From IMG/VR virus record IMGVR_UViG_3300009537_000011, positions 1 to 58,479 of that record: a stretch of 58,479 nucleotides of DNA; one strand, given 5' to 3'. Every line of letters begins with the position of its first letter. Positions within the stretch are counted from its first letter, which is position 1. The notes under the pieces are model-generated. The model saw nothing but the letters and a program-made list of their open reading frames with translations. It made no database searches and was not told the origin of the DNA. Below are positions 54,832-58,479 of the stretch, in pieces. The stretch comes from a virus (lineage: Duplodnaviria; Caudoviricetes). Made by a program: the position numbers and the translations under genes.

Positions 54832-54988
54832 ATCATCATCATCATCGCGGCGGGCCGCCCGCCGAGCTTCGCTCGGCGGGCTATAGCGCCGTGACGCCTC
54901 GCCGCCGCCGCTATCACCATCATCATCATCATTATCACTCCGGCGTGGGCGACGCGAAGCGAGCCCATACCGGCGTGATGCCTCGCCG
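54831..54988. repeat. Two tandem (CAT)n-CGGCG-hairpin-CGTGAYGCCTCGCCG modules (D1, D2)
   Basis: GCCCGCCGAGC-TTC-GCTCGGCGGGC and TGGGC..GCGAAGC..GCCCA hairpins; shared tail CGTGAYGCCTCGCCG. Confidence 0.85.
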
Positions 54989-55149
54989 GGGGGGCCGTTT
55001 TTGCGCCCGGGCGGGGTAGGGGTCGGGTGGGGCAGTGACGGCGTGGCGGGGCGCCAGAACGGCAAGGCGCCCCGCCCGTGTTAGGGGCGGGGCGCTGTAG
55101 GGGCGGGGTTCTGGCGGGCGCTAGCGGGGCTCTGGAGGGGCTCTGAAGG

Positions 55150-55695
55150 CTAATACTGGTACAGCGGGTTTCCTGCCCAACGTTGCTCGACAGCGTCCGC
55201 ACAGGTGTCGCACAGCCTGCCGTGCGGAGTGTAGTCTGGCAGGCTCAGGTCGCACGTCGAGCAACGGCAGTCTAGCGGGTCGGGCGAAAGCTGCTGGTCC
55301 CCCATGGGGGGAATAGCGTCGGGGAGGTCGGGTTCGGCGTCGGGCTCACCCCAGTGACACGACGGGCAACGACAGTAGCCGTGCTCTGCCAGCCCGGGGC
55401 GGTGGCGTGGGCGAACGTCACGTGGCTCCCCCGCCCCCCCCTCTATGACTCGCCCAATGGCGATGAGGTCCGCCTCTAGGGCCGTCCGCGGTTCCACGCC
55501 GGGGTCAGCCACGCCGACTCTCCTAAGAGCCAACGCGAACCCCGCGAGAAAGGCTACCCTCTGCGACACCGTAGGGAACCGCTGAGGGTAGCGCGGAACG
55601 AGGGTGCCCAACGCACGTTCGAAGTGTCCTTGGTCGACAGCGTGGTCCAGGGCCGCTGCTGTCTCACTCGCCTTGCTAATCTCGGAATGGTGCAT
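55150..55695 (-). CDS. Hypothetical protein with C-terminal Zn-binding motifs
   Basis: AAGGGG RBS; CRCPSC, CRCSTC...LCDTC. Confidence 0.65.
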   Translation of the reverse strand: MHHSEISKASETAAALDHAVDQGHFERALGTLVPRYPQRFPTVSQRVAFLAGFALALRRVGVADPGVEPRTALEADLIAIGRVIEGGAGEPRDVRPRHRPGLAEHGYCRCPSCHWGEPDAEPDLPDAIPPMGDQQLSPDPLDCRCSTCDLSLPDYTPHGRLCDTCADAVEQRWAGNPLYQY

Positions 55696-55707
55696 GCTCG
55701 TCCCCTT

Positions 55708-55908
55708 TCAGAACGGCAGGCGCGCTATGATGCGCGCCCGTTGGTCGGTAGTGGTGGTGGTGGTGGCCACGTTAGCCTTCACCGCGTTGTAAGGTAGCTC
55801 CACCGCGTCACAGAATCCCTGCGCGGTGGCCAACTGTCGGAAGGCGAACAGCATCCCGTCGTACTCGACAGTGAACGGAAGGGGGTGAACGGACCGTGGC
55901 TTCGACAT
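55708..55908 (-). CDS. Hypothetical protein (66 aa)
   Basis: AAGGAG RBS downstream of a promoter. Confidence 0.6.
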   Translation of the reverse strand: MSKPRSVHPLPFTVEYDGMLFAFRQLATAQGFCDAVELPYNAVKANVATTTTTTDQRARIIARLPF

Positions 55909-55953
55909 GAGGCTAGCTCCTTCTGGTCGTGGGTAAGGCTCTTTGCACTCCCA

Positions 55954-55982
55954 AGTGTACACCCACTAGACAACCAACGCAA
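55954..55982 (-). promoter_or_regulatory. Sigma70-type promoter
   Basis: TTGCGT-N17-TACACT. Confidence 0.65.
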
Positions 55983-56146
55983 CCCCCATCTCGTGGTCGA
56001 CCCCCCCATGTGCCAATCGCCACCCGGCCCGAATAGCGGTAGCCCGCTCCCACTACAGGAAGACTCAGACTTTCAGGTATACCTACTCTGTAGGGGCTTA
56101 CCCTTTACATAGACATATAAGTATTTATATATATAAGACTTATAAG

Positions 56147-56163
56147 AGCAAGTTGTGTGCCAA
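56147..56163 (-). promoter_or_regulatory. Sigma54 (-24/-12) promoter followed by an AT-rich tract
   Basis: TTGGCACACAACTTGCT; 56104-56146 is by eye the most AT-rich stretch of the genome. Confidence 0.75.
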
Positions 56164-56194
56164 CGCTCCTCGGCCCCCGGGTCGTAGCGGCAGA

Positions 56195-56224
56195 TTGACC
56201 CCCTGGGGGCCGTTCCGGTATACT
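56195..56224 (+). promoter_or_regulatory. Sigma70-type promoter of the rightward arm
   Basis: TTGACC-N18-TATACT. Confidence 0.75.
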
Positions 56225-56298
56225 CAGGGTAAGCTCTGCCATGGCAGAGCGCTGTGATCTCGCGGAACCGGTTGACAGACGGCGGAAAGGAGTGTCAG

Positions 56299-56643
56299 AT
56301 GAAAGTTACCAAAAGCGACCCACCAGAGGCCCTGGGGTGGCAGCACCACGGGAGGGACCGCAACCCGCTCATGGTCGCCCTGCTGAAAGCAGAACACGGA
56401 GAATGGCTCTGCGTCGAGTTCGACTCCGTGAAACGAGCGCGCGACGTCCGTAGCTCCGTCCTCGGCAGCCTGCGGCGTAGCCGCACCGTCCGACACTGGT
56501 CGAACTACCAGGGCATCTCCGCCAGAACACGCGTCATCCGCGAACAAGGCGAAGGCGGCGGTGACGTCGTAAAACTCTACGTGCAGAAGCTCGTGGACGG
56601 CGAAGACACGGTCGGGATGAAGCGCCGACCCATCACCAAGTGA
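56299..56643 (+). CDS. Hypothetical basic protein, first rightward gene (possible regulator)
   Basis: AAGGAG RBS, ATG 56299. Confidence 0.7.
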   Translation: MKVTKSDPPEALGWQHHGRDRNPLMVALLKAEHGEWLCVEFDSVKRARDVRSSVLGSLRRSRTVRHWSNYQGISARTRVIREQGEGGGDVVKLYVQKLVDGEDTVGMKRRPITK

Positions 56644-56663
56644 GTGAACCCAGGAGACCGCAC

Positions 56664-56837
56664 ATGACCTCACCAGACACGAACCCGATCGCCACCATCC
56701 AGGAAGAGCTGCAACGACAACGCAACTGGCTCGCGGACGAGGTCGCCGACCTGCGGGCTACCCTGCAAGCCATCCGACTCGCGCTCCTCGGCCCGGAAGA
56801 CGACGACCCGGATACCGGACACGATGGCGAAGAATGA
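56664..56837 (+). CDS. Small coiled-coil protein
   Basis: AGGAG RBS; heptads. Confidence 0.6.
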   Translation: MTSPDTNPIATIQEELQRQRNWLADEVADLRATLQAIRLALLGPEDDDPDTGHDGEE

Positions 56838-57303
56838 AGCCGACTACGAGTGGGCACGGGAAGAGATCCGGTATCTGCATAACCCAGAGGGATACGAGCC
56901 CTGCGACTGCCACTGGTGCGAGGAGGCTACGATGAGTGAGGCCGAACGAATCGCCAGGCTGTTTCACGAAACCTATGAGCGCCTCGCGCCGGAGTACGAG
57001 TACCAGACCAGGGCCCGGTCGGCGAAACCCTGGGGGCAGCTTCCCGACGACAACCGGCGGCTGATGATCGCGACCGCTGAGGTAGTACTGGGCGATGTCG
57101 CCCGCCAGCTCGAAAGGGCGCGGGGCGCGAGACATGAAAACCACGGCACTCATGTCGAGCGGTGTCCGAAGCACCCCATGAGCCACCTCGCCCGCCAGCT
57201 TGCCGAGGCGTTGGAGGAGATTAGCGAGTGCCACCTGTGGCTGGGCTACCACTGCGCGACTGATGGGTGTAAGTGGTGTAAGGAGGCCGACGACGATGAG
57301 TGA
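56824..57303 (+). CDS. 'LARQL' array protein (likely internal start at 56932)
   Basis: CDCHWCEE module fused in frame to MSEAERIARLFHETYERLAP...; two LARQL cores; C-terminal C.WC.EADDE. Confidence 0.75.
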   Translation: MAKNEADYEWAREEIRYLHNPEGYEPCDCHWCEEATMSEAERIARLFHETYERLAPEYEYQTRARSAKPWGQLPDDNRRLMIATAEVVLGDVARQLERARGARHENHGTHVERCPKHPMSHLARQLAEALEEISECHLWLGYHCATDGCKWCKEADDDE

Positions 57304-57541
57304 AGTGACGCGATGCGTGCCATGTGCTCGCTGCGGCTGCTCGATGGGTTGGGACGATAGCGAGCACGATGGGGAGGTGTGCGAGGACTGCGTGACGGTC
57401 AAGCAAGTCACCGAGGAGCGTGACGACCTCGCCCGCCAACTCGAAGAGGCGAAGGAGGAGATCAGCGAGTGTCATCTGGGGCTGGGCTACCACTGTGCGA
57501 CTGATGGGTGCCGCTGGTGCGAGGAGGATGACAATGGGTGA
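57296..57541 (+). CDS. 'LARQL' array protein with Zn-finger motifs (81 aa)
   Basis: ATGAGTGA coupling; CARC..CEDC, ERDDLARQLEEA, CRWC. Confidence 0.8.
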   Translation: MSEVTRCVPCARCGCSMGWDDSEHDGEVCEDCVTVKQVTEERDDLARQLEEAKEEISECHLGLGYHCATDGCRWCEEDDNG

Positions 57542-57839
57542 GTTCGTCTACGTGCCCGAGCCTGGGGCTGTGCAGTGTGAGTGTGGGGAGTGGTGCGACG
57601 AGGCCCCGTGTCGTGAGTGCCTCGCCCGCCAGCTCGAAGAACGCACTGAGCAGCGCGACGAGCACGAGTTGCGATATGTCGAGGCAGCGCGGATTATTGC
57701 CGCCCTCGCCCGCCAGCTCGCCGAGGCGAAGGAGGAGATACGGGCAGCCCATGGCATGGCTAGGGAGTCTGCCGGTGCCGGATCGTGCGGCGTCGGGCGC
57801 TGTGATTGCCGCTGGTGTGTGGAGGCCGACGATGAGTGA
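57534..57839 (+). CDS. 'LARQL' array protein with Zn-finger motifs (101 aa)
   Basis: ATGGGTGA coupling; CECG..C..CREC, two LARQL cores, CDCRWC.EADDE. Confidence 0.8.
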   Translation: MGEFVYVPEPGAVQCECGEWCDEAPCRECLARQLEERTEQRDEHELRYVEAARIIAALARQLAEAKEEIRAAHGMARESAGAGSCGVGRCDCRWCVEADDE

Positions 57840-58065
57840 GACGCTGTCGGAGAAGCTGGGTCGTCTAATCGCTGACCATCGCAAGCTAGAAGCCGAGCGC
57901 GAGTGCCTCGCCCGCCAGCTCGAAGAGGCGAGGAGGGAGGTTGCATACATCGTTTCGGAGTGGAATGAGGTTGGTCCGGTCTACAACCCGTCGGTTGAGG
58001 TGATGGAGAGCCTCGGCAGAGTATTCGGCCTCGCGGTCAAGTATGGACGGGCCGACAGTGGGTAG
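57832..58065 (+). CDS. 'LARQL' array protein (77 aa)
   Basis: ATGAGTGA coupling; ECLARQLEEA. Confidence 0.8.
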   Translation: MSETLSEKLGRLIADHRKLEAERECLARQLEEARREVAYIVSEWNEVGPVYNPSVEVMESLGRVFGLAVKYGRADSG

Positions 58066-58201
58066 CGGGATCGAGGGTCCGCTCCTCGACGAGCTGGACG
58101 CCTGCCTCTACGGGCGCCGTTGTCCATGTATCGCGAGGGCCATCATCCGCAGGGAGAGCGGCGAACGGTTCATCCTCTCCCCGATTGCGAGGATCAAGTG
58201 A
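58058..58201 (+). CDS. Small hypothetical protein (47 aa)
   Basis: GTGGGTAG coupling upstream and GTGA coupling downstream. Confidence 0.5.
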   Translation: MGSGIEGPLLDELDACLYGRRCPCIARAIIRRESGERFILSPIARIK

Positions 58202-58479
58202 CCAGGACAAGCCTCGGTTGGCACTTTACGGGTAACACGCTTCGCGACGGTAGGCCGCTACCCGCGGACGGAGAGGTATTGCGTCACGATGGTGAGCTGG
58301 TCATGTGCAAAAGCGGTTTGCACTACTCCAAGCGGATTATCGATGCTCTGAGGGATGCGCCCGGGTCCACTTGCCACCGTGTCGAGGTATCCGGCGGGTG
58401 GTACGAGGGCAATAAGGGGGTGGCACGGGAGCGGGTAATCCTCTGGCGAGTAGACGCCGAGGCGGTACTTTTTCGGTTT
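58198..58479 (+). CDS. 5' part of the join-spanning DUF7666-like protein (continues to 516)
   Basis: GAGGA RBS, GTG 58198; MTRTSLGWHFTGNTLRDGRPLPADG... Confidence 0.85.
   Translation, partial: MTRTSLGWHFTGNTLRDGRPLPADGEVLRHDGELVMCKSGLHYSKRIIDALRDAPGSTCHRVEVSGGWYEGNKGVARERVILWRVDAEAVLFRF
58381..58479. repeat. Terminal 99-bp direct repeat (copy 2)
   Basis: Identical to 1-99. Confidence 0.97.

Noticed and set aside
52841-54988. CRISPR array, C/D-box RNAs (UGAUGA), or poly-His/poly-Met attenuator peptides
   Set aside because: The repeats are degenerate and dispersed, with no cas genes. There is no paired CUGA D box and no RBS-led short ORF, and the modules sit after terminators and before promoters.
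54814-55202. ORFs with MMMMM / DDDDD runs
   Set aside because: These are translations of the non-coding (CAT)n modules and G-tracts; low complexity, no RBS.
56824-58065. Diversity-generating retroelement template/variable repeat pair
   Set aside because: No reverse transcriptase is present, and differences between copies are not adenine-specific.
58381-58479. 99-bp terminal repeat as a biological direct terminal repeat
   Set aside because: It falls in the middle of a gene and has a typical assembler k-mer length; it is best explained as circular overlap.

Overview
The window is a complete, circularly closed genome of a GC-rich tailed dsDNA bacteriophage (Caudoviricetes). Bases 1-99 are identical to 58381-58479, so the unique length is 58,380 bp. 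Morphology is probably siphovirus-like: HK97-type portal, protease and capsid, a tail tube, a 1118-aa tape measure, and no sheath. The + strand arm starts at a sigma70-type promoter near 56195 and wraps across the contig join. It carries a tandem array of small shuffled genes, a recombination module, a lambda-O-like initiator with internal iterons and a DnaB helicase. It then has a ParB-like/TGT-like/terminase locus, head and tail genes (interrupted by an antisense HNH endonuclease), a large tail-tip/fibre block and lysis genes (M15 peptidase plus an alpha/beta hydrolase). The - strand arm (about 56150 down to 41200) holds about 35 mostly small early genes, including a DUF932-like protein, a ParB-like protein, a resolvase and two lipoproteins. 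I found no integrase, no CI-type repressor, no tRNA and no CRISPR array. The most unusual signals are: (1) a dispersed family of non-coding modules, (CAT)n tract + triloop hairpin + CRTGAY with conserved geometry, between terminators and promoters of the early arm, with a related triple repeat directly upstream of the orphan ParB-like gene; (2) virion-block genes with Sec signal peptides, one of them rich in paired cysteines; (3) two near-perfect sigma54 promoters, each paired with a downstream sigma70 promoter; (4) a roughly 400-nt structured leader with a T-loop and a boxA-like motif; (5) a 'LARQL' domain-shuffling gene array; (6) a beta-domain insertion in the capsid protein. All product calls come from motif recognition by eye, with no database searches.
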